Shown: positions 46,554 to 56,561 of the stretch, one piece after another | How positions within the stretch are numbered: the first letter of the stretch is position 1 | Layout: each line of letters starts with the position of its first letter | From: a virus | Direction: 5' to 3' (one strand) | IMG/VR virus record: IMGVR_UViG_3300009149_000012 | Coordinates: 32,001-96,000 of that record | Length of the DNA stretch: 64,000 bases | Made by a program: the position numbers and the translations under genes | The notes under the pieces: generated by a model | Seen by the model: only the letters and a program-made list of their open reading frames with translations | Database searches by the model: none | Told to the model about the DNA's origin: nothing

Positions 46554-47084
46554 TCAGACGGACATCTGAACGGTCATGAATTCGTCGGTCATCGGCGAGG
46601 GTGGTTGGATGATGTGGCCGCACCACAGGATGTTAGGGGCCCGTGGGTCACCTGACAAGGTCCACTCGTCCTCGATCGTGAGATAACCCCGGTTGCTCAT
46701 GAACAGGATGTCGTTGGCCTGGTAGACGATCGGCACCAAGGGACCAGCAATCCGAGAGGCGTAGGTGTATTTCTCGTAGGTGGTGGTGAGCATCACCCAT
46801 GAACCGAAGCAAAACACGCTGATTCGGTACGTAGGCTGAAGCCGGGTCATCGCCGTGAAGCGGTCTGGCACCTCATCTGAGCCCCACAACAGGAAGCCAG
46901 CCGGGCGACCATCTGACCGCTGGACCAAGAATTCGTCCTTCGTCGAGCCGGCCCACGTCACTCCCTGGGCTCCGGGCCAACCTTGGGTCGCCAAGTCCTC
47001 CGTCACGTTGACCCCCATCGTGTCGCCCTTGACGAGCACGATGCAATCCCGTGTCCTGATCTGAGCAAGCATAGGGTCAAACAT
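46554..47084 (-). CDS. decoration/cement-like protein
   Basis: GGAGGA SD; GFLLWGSDE...YQANDILFMSNRGYLT resembles 33982..34611. Confidence 0.7.
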   Translation of the reverse strand: MFDPMLAQIRTRDCIVLVKGDTMGVNVTEDLATQGWPGAQGVTWAGSTKDEFLVQRSDGRPAGFLLWGSDEVPDRFTAMTRLQPTYRISVFCFGSWVMLTTTYEKYTYASRIAGPLVPIVYQANDILFMSNRGYLTIEDEWTLSGDPRAPNILWCGHIIQPPSPMTDEFMTVQMSV

Positions 47085-47322
47085 CGCCGTCCTCCCTATC
47101 GTAGATCCGGCCCGGCATATCACCCCAAGCTTGAACGACTTGCTTCAGCACATTGACAGCGTTGCCGTCTCCTCGAAGAATCGTTTCCCAGGTGCCGCCC
47201 AACTGACGGTACACCAAGCGGATTGACATGTAGTCAGCCTTACCTATGACCACATCCTCCGACAAGAGATTGTCGGCGATGGTTCGGATCACTTTGTTCG
47301 CAAGCTGAATCGGGGAAGCCAC
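47077..47322 (-). CDS. small hypothetical protein
   Basis: GGAGGT SD plus GTG directly after the terminase stop. Confidence 0.6.
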   Translation of the reverse strand: MASPIQLANKVIRTIADNLLSEDVVIGKADYMSIRLVYRQLGGTWETILRGDGNAVNVLKQVVQAWGDMPGRIYDREDGDV

Positions 47323-47323
47323 C

Positions 47324-50300
47324 TTACCTCCGTCCCACGCTGCGCTCCGAGAACTGACCATGTCGGCGACTACGAGAGCGCTGGTAACGCGTAACACTCA
47401 TAGCTGACGCCGCATAAGGGGCTCCTGCAAACCTTCCGCCCTGAGCGATGAACTTCTTGTCTCCACGCCGGGCTTCACTCAAATGGACCGCTCGAACGAA
47501 GGCGTCGCTGAGATCGTCATGGGCGTCGACCACTTTCGGGGCCTCGACCACCACGAGGTTCTTGCTCACCTGGCGGGCCTGCAAGCTCAAAAGCTCTTGG
47601 ATGAGTTGGGAGTGCTTCTTTCCGACCAAGGGGTAGTCATACAGGCGCAAACGCTTGTCGTACATCAAGAGCTTGGCTTGCTGGAAGATCTTCGAAGACT
47701 GGTCACGGGTGAAGTATTGGCTGTTAAACTGCTTGAGCCCCATCTTGTGGAGCCGTTGCTCCAATGGGATGCCGTTCCACCGGTCGAACAGTCCGTCCGT
47801 GATGTAGAAGTGCTTGCAAAGAAGAGCGATCCAATCGGCGATTTCGTCGAAATCTAGCCGCTCGACATTCGAAAGCGTCTTGGCGTAGTTGGAGAGAGGT
47901 TCAACCAGGTGCGGGTTTGACTCACGCCAGTCGACCCCAGCCTGCCAGGTCTCATGGTAGTCGAGAACGACGTCCTCACCCTCAGGGTGGGTGATCACGA
48001 TGCCGGTGCCGTCGCCGACCAAACCAATGTCGATCCCCATCTGGTGAGGCGAGCGGGGCAGACCCCGGGTATGAGGCCGAAGATCTGGATCGATGCAGTC
48101 AAGCAAATCGGATTCACGCTCGATCCAACCCCGCATCTGATCGGAGAACATGGCGCCGTGCTCGACCATGAACACGGTCGGGTCGGCGTGGTACTTCTGC
48201 TTGTAGTAGGAAGACTCGACCGTGGGATTGATCTCCCACGTGGGGGCCTGGACAGCCAACAGGTTCTCGGAACCCTCTCCACCCCGCATCGCCTGGTCAA
48301 ATTTCTCCCAAAACAGACCGCTCTTGCCCAAGGGGCTGGAGATGAGGATGGTGCGAGCCTCGACAGGGCCGATTGCCACCTGGTTGTCTTCGGGGTCCTT
48401 CGGTGAGAAAGAAGCCGTCGACGGGGTGATGGCCTCGTAGATCTCTTTTGCAGAGGACGTTCCGTTATCCTGGAAGTGGGCGACTTCGTCCAAGATGATG
48501 ATGACGTTGCCGGCGCCACGAAGACCACGAGCGATGCAAGACTTGAACGTGACCCGGAGACTCGACTTGCCTTGGAAGCTCTGGAATGAGCCATCCTTGA
48601 CCCTGTTGATGGATCCGAACCGGTCGATCTCGTAGGGGGTACGGAAGTGGACGTGCGTCTGCGTGTTGTTGGCGATGTAGGGCGTGAAGTATTGGCACTT
48701 GGCAAGATGGCTCGCCACGTCGTTGTACAGAAGCCCCGCCTGATCCTTGTCGGTCGCCACCGAGATGATCTGCACCCGGTTGCCGTTGGGCAGACCGTAG
48801 TATTCCTGCGGATTGTACAGGTTCAGAAGCCGGTACACCTCGTAGCTCGCAAAGATGGCACTGAGGGTCGTGTTGTGGTTGGTCAAGCCGTTGGCTACGA
48901 AAGACGCCCCATCAGGCACGTTCAGATCGTAGACATGATCTTCACCCTCCTCGACAGACACGACAGGGTCGAAGAAATAGTCTTGGTGCAGCAAGTCCTC
49001 GAAGTGCTGCATTTCATCTTTCCCAGCGCCTAGTTCCCGAGCCACTTTCAGGGCCTCGACCATCCTGGTGTAAGTCAGATCCTCTTTTGAGCCAGGTTTG
49101 CACACGTTGCCCAAGGCTTTTCGGAGATGGGAACGGCCCCACCCCAGTTCCCCTCTCGCAGAATTACGCTTCGGAACGGACTTCAACAAGTTCCGCACCC
49201 TAGTGTACTGGTGGGGTACGCTCTCCGTGTTCGATTTACCTTCCTGGGCACGTTCAAGAGCTTCAAGCAAAGGTCCTTGCTTCTTCTCCGAGTCGAACCC
49301 CACAAGCTGGGCAAACCGACGTCGGGATCTCACACCCTTGATGCTCAGGTTAGCGTAGTGCCTTTTGGTTTTTCGGTTCCACTTGCGACCGATGTTCGAG
49401 ACGATCCCCAGGTTCAGGAGAAGTACCTGAACCTCATGGGCCAACCGAAAACTGGCCGAAGAGAACGTGATGTGGCGGCCCCCGCATTCGGCAGATCCGT
49501 CCGTCTCGAAAAGCCCCCGTAGAAACGCACACACCACATGGCGGGGCGACCGAAGGACCACCCACGGCACCATCTTGTCATAACGCCCACAGTCCGTCAC
49601 CCATCCGAGGTTAGCCAAGAACCGGCGCATCCCCACACTAGGAAATTCCAGTCGACCTGTCCCTTCTGTTCGCTGGTCCATCTGGACTCGATGTGACCCC
49701 AACAAGCTGTTGAACAGTTCTTTGAGCCGATCCCACGTCTCAGGGTGTTCCACTGTCATGGCGACACCCTGCGTGTGCGCCCAGCTACCGTCTCCGACAA
49801 GGTAGCCAAGAAGCAAGCCCCACTTTTCACTGAAAGTGTCAGGAAAAGACAGGTCCTTGTACCCGTCCGTGTTGTGGAACGGCTTAAGATCCACAAGGTC
49901 CTGAGACCATAGGTCAGTGGTCCGATTGACTGCCAGGTAGTCGCCGGGCCGGATGTTGTCCAGATACTTCCATTCCACGCAGCCTGACTCAGCCATCACC
50001 CTGACCCGGTGATTGCCCGTCCCCCGAACAGAGTAACCAGACCAACTCTTCACCGAGAAGGTTGGCTTCACACCACCGTCATAGAAAAAGGCGGATCTCG
50101 CTTGTCGCCCACCCTCTTGAGCCACCCCCACATTGAAGGATGTGGTGTCTTCCTCCGAAGCGCACGCCAAGTCCTTGATAGGGAACAAACCCAAGTCTGT
50201 CAAAACCAGGGTGTCGCCTGAAACACACTTGCCGGCCCGACGGCCGATCGGCAGGATAAGCTCACGCCGCTCGTGATCTTGTTCCCCGATGTTGCAGCGC

Positions 50301-50629
50301 CCCTCTTCGAACAGGTACTTCAGGAACTCTTTTTCGGTGAACCGATAGAGCACCTTGGTGTTGAACATATCCGTGACAGGAACGTTCTGTTCGGTGTCGT
50401 CTAGCTCCAAATGGTAGTAGAGCTTGACAAGAAAACGCTGGCCTGGGTACAGCCGCATCGACAGCCCCCACGGCTGTTCGATGTAGTCGATGATACTGAA
50501 GATGCGAGGGCCCTTTTGGCCTCCATCTTGAATTGTGCTTGAGGTGGTGATCGCATCACGCCGTGCGACCTGACCGGCTTTACGGATGAGGGAGCTTACG
50601 CCCGCCCCTTTGGTTTTGCGAGGCGGCAT
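47324..50629 (-). CDS. terL: terminase large subunit with an intein
   Basis: Walker A GRRAGK/T, Walker B IIILDE, LISSP coupling motif, RNase H-like GIDIG...HDDLSDA. Confidence 0.93.
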   Translation of the reverse strand: MPPRKTKGAGVSSLIRKAGQVARRDAITTSSTIQDGGQKGPRIFSIIDYIEQPWGLSMRLYPGQRFLVKLYYHLELDDTEQNVPVTDMFNTKVLYRFTEKEFLKYLFEEGRCNIGEQDHERRELILPIGRRAGKCVSGDTLVLTDLGLFPIKDLACASEEDTTSFNVGVAQEGGRQARSAFFYDGGVKPTFSVKSWSGYSVRGTGNHRVRVMAESGCVEWKYLDNIRPGDYLAVNRTTDLWSQDLVDLKPFHNTDGYKDLSFPDTFSEKWGLLLGYLVGDGSWAHTQGVAMTVEHPETWDRLKELFNSLLGSHRVQMDQRTEGTGRLEFPSVGMRRFLANLGWVTDCGRYDKMVPWVVLRSPRHVVCAFLRGLFETDGSAECGGRHITFSSASFRLAHEVQVLLLNLGIVSNIGRKWNRKTKRHYANLSIKGVRSRRRFAQLVGFDSEKKQGPLLEALERAQEGKSNTESVPHQYTRVRNLLKSVPKRNSARGELGWGRSHLRKALGNVCKPGSKEDLTYTRMVEALKVARELGAGKDEMQHFEDLLHQDYFFDPVVSVEEGEDHVYDLNVPDGASFVANGLTNHNTTLSAIFASYEVYRLLNLYNPQEYYGLPNGNRVQIISVATDKDQAGLLYNDVASHLAKCQYFTPYIANNTQTHVHFRTPYEIDRFGSINRVKDGSFQSFQGKSSLRVTFKSCIARGLRGAGNVIIILDEVAHFQDNGTSSAKEIYEAITPSTASFSPKDPEDNQVAIGPVEARTILISSPLGKSGLFWEKFDQAMRGGEGSENLLAVQAPTWEINPTVESSYYKQKYHADPTVFMVEHGAMFSDQMRGWIERESDLLDCIDPDLRPHTRGLPRSPHQMGIDIGLVGDGTGIVITHPEGEDVVLDYHETWQAGVDWRESNPHLVEPLSNYAKTLSNVERLDFDEIADWIALLCKHFYITDGLFDRWNGIPLEQRLHKMGLKQFNSQYFTRDQSSKIFQQAKLLMYDKRLRLYDYPLVGKKHSQLIQELLSLQARQVSKNLVVVEAPKVVDAHDDLSDAFVRAVHLSEARRGDKKFIAQGGRFAGAPYAASAMSVTRYQRSRSRRHGQFSERSVGRR
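48872..50227 (-). mobile_element. LAGLIDADG-containing intein (452 aa) in the terminase Walker A motif
   Basis: CVSGDTLV start, TGNHRV, LLGYLVGDG and FLRGLFETDG, VYDLNV...NHN/T. Confidence 0.95.
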
Positions 50630-50632
50630 TCA

Positions 50633-51301
50633 TTAGCCTTTCTCTGCCATGGCTTCTGAAGCTCGATCCTCCCACCCCTCCATCGCCGTCTCCAAGCGGT
50701 TGAAGAAAAGCTCGACCTGTTCTGGGTCCAAGACTTCTTGTGCAACGAGACGGATCATGTCGATCCAGAGAGCGAACACCCGCTGGAAACGCTCGCCCTG
50801 AAGGTCGACCATCTCCACGCCGAGCTTTTTGATCTCCAACTCGATGTGGGCGATCTTGTTGAGCGCGTCGATCCGGCGTGTCGAGAGTTGGCCTGTGTCC
50901 TTGCCGAACTTCTCCAACTCGAAACGCGTGGCTTGGATTGCGGCGCCTTCCTTGGCAATCTCCAACTTGAGCAAGTGGAGCACCGAAATAGCGTCGAGAT
51001 GATTCTCGGCCGCTCGAACGACAGGGTCCTGTTCAACGATGAGAGCCTTCTGCTCTGAAACCTGTTGGTTGTACAGAAGGGCTTCAGCGGCTGGAGTTGT
51101 CTCGATCTTGCGAGGACGTCCCCGGCTCCCGGTCGAATTCGTCCGGTGGAAAGGTACCAGGTTCCGCAAAACTTCGGCGGGCTTGATTTCCTGAACCGGC
51201 TCCGTTGGGGGTGCTCCCTTCGGAAGTTGACCAACCAACGCATCCGAGGGGTCGTCGATGAACAGGTCGTCGGTTGTATCTGTCTTTGCTGCTTCCGCCA
51301 T
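50633..51301 (-). CDS. putative terminase small subunit
   Basis: Directly upstream of terL; RGRPRK basic motif and helical oligomerisation-like region. Confidence 0.5.
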   Translation of the reverse strand: MAEAAKTDTTDDLFIDDPSDALVGQLPKGAPPTEPVQEIKPAEVLRNLVPFHRTNSTGSRGRPRKIETTPAAEALLYNQQVSEQKALIVEQDPVVRAAENHLDAISVLHLLKLEIAKEGAAIQATRFELEKFGKDTGQLSTRRIDALNKIAHIELEIKKLGVEMVDLQGERFQRVFALWIDMIRLVAQEVLDPEQVELFFNRLETAMEGWEDRASEAMAEKG

Positions 51302-51334
51302 GGGAGTACCTCTACTTACAAAGTAGCAAGGATT

Positions 51335-51724
51335 TCAGTCGCCGCCAACAGGTTCCGCTCCTCCACCCCCCTCAGTCTTGATGAGATACTGGGAAAGGTT
51401 GCGGACCGCATCGTAGCCCTTGTTCTCCGGAACTTCGTCATCGATCGCTTTTTGAAGGTCTTTTCCGGTTTCAACAAGGTTCAGAACCCCTGTGTCATTA
51501 GGACCCGGGGAAAAGACATCCTTGGGCTGAATATCTCTGTGATTTATGGGCGCTTGGTCAGGATTCCCATCCTTTTGGACCTTGCCGCTGTCCTGAATGA
51601 TCTCCTTGGAGATGCCGTCTGGCTTGTTGATGGGTTGCGTGTTCTCCCGAGCCTTCTCCCGGCCATCGGGGGCCTGAGCGGCATACCGATTCGCAACTCG
51701 TTCGGCCATGTCCTGATCACGCAT
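51335..51724 (-). CDS. putative small head protein
   Basis: MAERVANRY motif; late-motif and GGAG upstream. Confidence 0.65.
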   Translation of the reverse strand: MRDQDMAERVANRYAAQAPDGREKARENTQPINKPDGISKEIIQDSGKVQKDGNPDQAPINHRDIQPKDVFSPGPNDTGVLNLVETGKDLQKAIDDEVPENKGYDAVRNLSQYLIKTEGGGGAEPVGGD

Positions 51725-52026
51725 CACCAACTCCCGTGGGCCTCGCCCATCCAATCAAACGAGTACACCAAGCTCTTGCTGAGCTTTTCAATGCCTCGAA
51801 GCACTTGCCCCTCGTTTGCCATGTCGTCTTTGGCAAGAGCCTCAAGACGCCGAATCTCTTCCCGAGCATCTTCCAGGTGGGAGAGCGCCTGACCTTGCAA
51901 CTCGGACTTGGAAAGTTGACTTTCCCCATCTGCCCGAGCGCGCCGGTAGCGGTCCTGAAGCATCGCTGCCGGGGTTGAACCCCGACTTGACGCCTTCCAC
52001 CTGGGAGAGTCGAGGGGGATGCTCAC
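51724..52026 (-). CDS. small hypothetical protein
   Basis: 100-aa ORF overlapping both neighbours. Confidence 0.55.
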   Translation of the reverse strand: MSIPLDSPRWKASSRGSTPAAMLQDRYRRARADGESQLSKSELQGQALSHLEDAREEIRRLEALAKDDMANEGQVLRGIEKLSKSLVYSFDWMGEAHGSW

Positions 52027-54245
52027 AGCTTGATTTCCCCCGTCCCGAATTGAATCGAGGTGGTCTCACCTGTGGGGGCGTCATTCACCTCGACCTTCAG
52101 GGGCTGTCCCTGCATCTCGAACTCGGCAACCATGGTCGTGCCGTTGTTGACCAACTGTTCGAACGGAACTTCCGTCGACTTCTCGGCCAAAACCACACGC
52201 TGCATCGCTACCTTGTCTTCGTAGGGGGGCTCTTTGACGAGGGCTTTGTTGAGCTTGGAACAATGCCCTGGGCTACGTTGTAGTACGCAGGTCGCGCAAG
52301 CCGGGCCAACCTTCGCAAACTTGACCACACGAGATCGGTGAAGGCGTGCCGCTTCATCACAGCCCTTTCCGTAGTCCGAGTGGACGGTGGGATCGACATA
52401 GTAGATTCCCTGGAGCCCTTGCTCCGCAAGGATGGGGCGAAGCTCTTCCTGGGCGTTGGCGATGTCCCGGGCTTCGAACCGGCGTGTGAGGGCCTCACGA
52501 AGCTGCGTGCCGTACAGACCCTCGTTCATGTACTTCCGGGTCGCCTCAACAAGGTTGCGCTTCGTCAGGTCCGTCGTCACCATCTGGGGCGCATTCCCAT
52601 GGAACGCTTGCTGAACGGTCTGGCGCTCGACGTGAGCTTGAGGACGCTTCGTTGCTGTGGCATGAAGGGCTCGAAGGGCTTGCGCCGGGTCCGAACCCCA
52701 ATCCTGCCGTGCGTCAACCGCAGAGATCCGACTTGCCATCCGATGCTCGTCGAGAACTTGGGTGACGGTCTCGAAGTTGACGACGTCTCCCAAGGTCGGC
52801 GCGAGCTTGCGACCGTACAGAAGGCATCGACTGAGCTTGTTGAAGAAACACCCTTCGCACTTTTTGCCGGCGATGATGGCACGGACAGACGAAGAATGAC
52901 GTGCCAGGAAGTCAGCACCCTCGTGGCAGTTTGAGAAGGACTCCTGAGTCGAGAAGATGACGCCGTACAGACCCGCCTGCTTGAACAGGGGGCCCCACTG
53001 GGCTTGGGTGGCCTGAAGGTCACGCTCGTCGAATGCGAGCCGAAGGGCTTGGGTCAACTCTTGCTCGCTGCGTCCCTTGAGCATCTCCCGCCGCAAGAGC
53101 GCGATGATGGGGGCCGCATTGTGGGCTGCCACCGCTTCCATGTCGCTTGCCTGGCGCTCGACCATGAGCCCCGAAGCATGCTGGATGAATTCGTCCTGGG
53201 CAGCCTTGGAGATCTCAGGCATCGGGGGCTGCTGTCCAACCCCAGTGTAAACCGGGAGCTTGCGGGGAGCGACAGCGCCGATCGATTCCTTGACCGTGGT
53301 GAGATCCGCAGCGCTGCGTGCCGAAGCAACCGCCTTGTAGGCTGTCTGGGCTTCGACCACCGTGATGCGTCCACCACCGAAAGCTTCGTCGACCGCCTCG
53401 TTGGCTTTCTTCCGCTGGACTGTCAGATCCGCTTGAATCTGAATTGGCACCGGAGCCTTGGCCGGTCGAAGATCCCGTGCCGGGTCGGGCACCGGGTGGG
53501 GGGCCTGAGCGGCGACCGCCACCGGGATGTCGGAAGCCTGGTAGGCCGCACGGATCCGCTCACGGGCGTCGAGGTTCTCGGATGCCGGGACCGACTTGCC
53601 CTTGGCCCGCTGGATCTTCTCGACGGTGTCGGCGAGAGCCGGGGTGTAGGGTACCTGAAGCACGATCTGCTTGTGGAACACAGAGCAGTTGTCGTTCTTC
53701 GCATGCACACACGAACTGCATTCCGGCTTGGCCTTGATGAAAGGCGTGTCCGAGGCGTACTGCTTGACGAACGTCTGAAGTTGCTTCGGGGAGTTGTGGC
53801 AACCCGGCAAGTCCGACGCGTTGATGTAGTAGTTGCCCAAAAGCCCGATCTCATTCGTCAATGCGATCAGTTCTGACCGGACCGCTTCCAACGACTGGCG
53901 ATCGAACTTGTGAGCCAAGAACGACCCAATCTTGCGGCCGTCAGATGTACGCGTGAACAGCAACCGTGCGTACTTCATGATGTCCGCTGGCGCCGTCCGA
54001 AGCGGACCATGCACCTCCGACATGTCCCCCATCGTACGGGGGGCGCCCGCCTGATTGGGCACGAAGTAAGCCGATGGGGGCTGCCCCTCATGCGACCAAG
54101 CCGCTTCCAGGTCCGGCAGGACGTCGAGGTTCTGCCTTGGAAGCGTTTCAAGCTTCTCGTAATCCTCTTCGCTGACTTCCAGCCAATCGAGGTTCGGAAC
54201 GCTGCCGTCCTTCATGAAGTTTCCGAGATCTCCTAGATCACCCAT
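52023..54245 (-). CDS. protein with three Cys-rich repeats (C...CxxC...C)
   Basis: Three GL.G.(Y/I)...C...CxxC....C...K units. Confidence 0.75.
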   Translation of the reverse strand: MGDLGDLGNFMKDGSVPNLDWLEVSEEDYEKLETLPRQNLDVLPDLEAAWSHEGQPPSAYFVPNQAGAPRTMGDMSEVHGPLRTAPADIMKYARLLFTRTSDGRKIGSFLAHKFDRQSLEAVRSELIALTNEIGLLGNYYINASDLPGCHNSPKQLQTFVKQYASDTPFIKAKPECSSCVHAKNDNCSVFHKQIVLQVPYTPALADTVEKIQRAKGKSVPASENLDARERIRAAYQASDIPVAVAAQAPHPVPDPARDLRPAKAPVPIQIQADLTVQRKKANEAVDEAFGGGRITVVEAQTAYKAVASARSAADLTTVKESIGAVAPRKLPVYTGVGQQPPMPEISKAAQDEFIQHASGLMVERQASDMEAVAAHNAAPIIALLRREMLKGRSEQELTQALRLAFDERDLQATQAQWGPLFKQAGLYGVIFSTQESFSNCHEGADFLARHSSSVRAIIAGKKCEGCFFNKLSRCLLYGRKLAPTLGDVVNFETVTQVLDEHRMASRISAVDARQDWGSDPAQALRALHATATKRPQAHVERQTVQQAFHGNAPQMVTTDLTKRNLVEATRKYMNEGLYGTQLREALTRRFEARDIANAQEELRPILAEQGLQGIYYVDPTVHSDYGKGCDEAARLHRSRVVKFAKVGPACATCVLQRSPGHCSKLNKALVKEPPYEDKVAMQRVVLAEKSTEVPFEQLVNNGTTMVAEFEMQGQPLKVEVNDAPTGETTSIQFGTGEIKL

Positions 54246-54254
54246 TTGTCAACC

Positions 54255-55337
54255 TCACTTCGGACGTTCCATGCCTGGTGTTGTGATGCGCTCATAGCTG
54301 TACTCGACGCCAGGCGTCGTGATGTCTCGTTGCGGACCCGACGTGTAGTCAGTGGGTAGCCCACTTTCAGGGCCGGGTCCATCATAGTCGAGAGCTTCGC
54401 CTTCGCCCTGGCCAAGACCGAAAGAATCACCCTCTGTGGGGGTTCCTGGGTCATTGGGAAGCGCTGACTCCCCATGGTGGCCTGGCGACGGTTGCTCTTT
54501 GAGATTGTTGTCCCAATCCGAGGGATAGTCGTACTCGTTCCAACCACCACCGTCGCTCTCGGACCAATCGTCCCGAACCGGGGGCTCGTCACGGTTGTAG
54601 GATCCGAAAGGACCGTCGCCTTCGGCGGGGCCACGATGGTCGACCCGGGGGCCACCAAGCGCATCGGGATTGTTGGTCGCGTCCGCAACCTTCCACGATT
54701 TCACGTCGAGGATCATTGCGACACGAGTTTTGCCACGGGGGGAACGGAGCCGGCGAGCCTGCTTTTCCGTCGACACAGGCTCGGCTTCCGACTGGTACTT
54801 GTCCGAGGTGGGGAGCTTCGAACCGGGTTCTTCCGTGCTGGTACCACCAGGTCCGTCGTTCTCTTTCTCGATCTCGGTCATCTCTTTCTCAGCGTCCTCG
54901 GTAGGATCGTCGAGATTCTCACGAGATTCCTCGATGAAACGCTCGACATCTTCGGCCTCGTTGTCGTCGAGAAGGGCGAGCTTGGGCTGCCAGTGGGGGC
55001 CCCGGACTTCGTCGAAGATGGTATCGCTGATCTGCGAAAGGATCTCGCAGGCGTCGTGGAGCTTTCCACGCATGGCGGTCACTTCCATGACGTAGCCCCG
55101 CCCGCCAAGCATCCCATCTGGGCTCACCGTGGCGCTCTTGACCCGGGAAAGCTGTCGGTAGGCTGTCAAGGCATGACCCAAGCTCACGCTCGTGGCCCAC
55201 AGCGCCTTAGCCATTGGCTTGAGCGCACGGGGATCAAAGGCATGGTCTTTGGGGATGTTACGTTGGCCCGGGCCCGGAGGTTCTTGAGGATCCTCCATCG
55301 GGGGGAACGCCGCCGTTTTGACCTTCCACTTGTCCAT
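54255..55337 (-). CDS. acidic, partly disordered putative head protein
   Basis: ATG just after the upstream stop; KTA, KQA, RVA and KVA motifs. Confidence 0.7.
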   Translation of the reverse strand: MDKWKVKTAAFPPMEDPQEPPGPGQRNIPKDHAFDPRALKPMAKALWATSVSLGHALTAYRQLSRVKSATVSPDGMLGGRGYVMEVTAMRGKLHDACEILSQISDTIFDEVRGPHWQPKLALLDDNEAEDVERFIEESRENLDDPTEDAEKEMTEIEKENDGPGGTSTEEPGSKLPTSDKYQSEAEPVSTEKQARRLRSPRGKTRVAMILDVKSWKVADATNNPDALGGPRVDHRGPAEGDGPFGSYNRDEPPVRDDWSESDGGGWNEYDYPSDWDNNLKEQPSPGHHGESALPNDPGTPTEGDSFGLGQGEGEALDYDGPGPESGLPTDYTSGPQRDITTPGVEYSYERITTPGMERPK

Positions 55338-55339
55338 GA

Positions 55340-55600
55340 TCAACCTTTGACCGGGCCGGAACCTGAATCGAAGAGACGCTCGATTACGAATGCTTCGCCG
55401 TCTCGCCGCATAGACCACAGATCCTGTTCGCTCTTGTGGACCAACGTATCTTCGCTCACACGGACGAAACCCGCAAGCTCTTGCAAAGACGCGATCCGTC
55501 GTCGGGCAATCGGGCGAATCAGTTCAGGTGAGGTTTCGAAAAGCGCGTCCATCCCGCATGCGCCTTGCGTTTGAATACTTCCAAGATCGAACTTGCTCAT
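55340..55600 (-). CDS. small hypothetical protein
   Basis: GAGGA SD; DTLVHKSEQDLW...IERLFD. Confidence 0.7.
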   Translation of the reverse strand: MSKFDLGSIQTQGACGMDALFETSPELIRPIARRRIASLQELAGFVRVSEDTLVHKSEQDLWSMRRDGEAFVIERLFDSGSGPVKG

Positions 55601-55607
55601 TGATTCC

Positions 55608-56510
55608 TCACGAGACGATGAGAATGATCGTGACGTCTACATGTCCGTTGCTGCTGTAACCACTGACACGAAGGATTGTCTCATAGGTGCCGGGGGTCAA
55701 GTCGTCGGGAGGCTGAACCGAAACCGTAACAAGGTCGTCAAAGCCACCGAGAACCGTGCCGGAAACCGGGGACCATCCTGAGAGCCACGATTCGATACAC
55801 GTTAATGCTTGCACCTGGTAGTCGAGGACCGACGCTGCCGGTCCTGTGTTCCGTACCAAGAAAGTCTGTGTTGGGAGAGTCGGGAAGGGACCACCAGCGG
55901 GCTTGGTCACCGTAAACAGCAAAGTCGCTGGGACCACCTCGAACACGGCCTTGGGCCGAACGTTGATGGTCACCGGGAAAACCTGTGGACTGTTGGTCGC
56001 GTCCGTGTCCTGAACGGTGATGGTCTCGGAGTACGGAGTAAGAACCGAATTCAGGTTTGTCGAGTCAACGAGAGCGCTGAAAGTTCCGCCCTCATTGGAA
56101 GCAAGATTACCCACGAGGGTCGGGGTAACCCGAAGATACGAAGCGGACGAGATCAGCGACGCGCTAAGCATCGAGCCGAAAACGCCTGAGTTTGTAATCA
56201 GAACTTCCTGTGGAAGCGTCAAGCCTCGACCCTCATCCACATCGAAAACCAATGAGGGAGGGGGGCCCATCAAGATGGTGGGCTTGAAGTTGGCCTTGAG
56301 TTGCACGATCGAGTCATGCATCGCCGTGACGATGTCACCCGGAATCGGGATGCTGTCTCGATACAGACCCCACGGAGTCTGGAGATCCAAGACCTGAAAA
56401 ATCACGCAGGCGCTTGAAACGTCCATGCGCGTAGTCCACCGCCAAACCCCAGCAGGCACGCGCTGCTCGAATTGATAGTCCTGGTGACGTAGATTGATCG
56501 CTTGGGTCAT
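55608..56510 (-). CDS. tandem Ig-like (BACON-like) domain protein
   Basis: Two beta-sandwich repeats (ITNSG...; VRNTG...SWL...SPVSG...LTPGTYETILRV). Confidence 0.7.
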   Translation of the reverse strand: MTQAINLRHQDYQFEQRVPAGVWRWTTRMDVSSACVIFQVLDLQTPWGLYRDSIPIPGDIVTAMHDSIVQLKANFKPTILMGPPPSLVFDVDEGRGLTLPQEVLITNSGVFGSMLSASLISSASYLRVTPTLVGNLASNEGGTFSALVDSTNLNSVLTPYSETITVQDTDATNSPQVFPVTINVRPKAVFEVVPATLLFTVTKPAGGPFPTLPTQTFLVRNTGPAASVLDYQVQALTCIESWLSGWSPVSGTVLGGFDDLVTVSVQPPDDLTPGTYETILRVSGYSSNGHVDVTIILIVS

Positions 56511-56561
56511 GGACGCTCCGGTTCTGTCAGAGCGCTTGTATCAAAAGAACATGACCAAACG

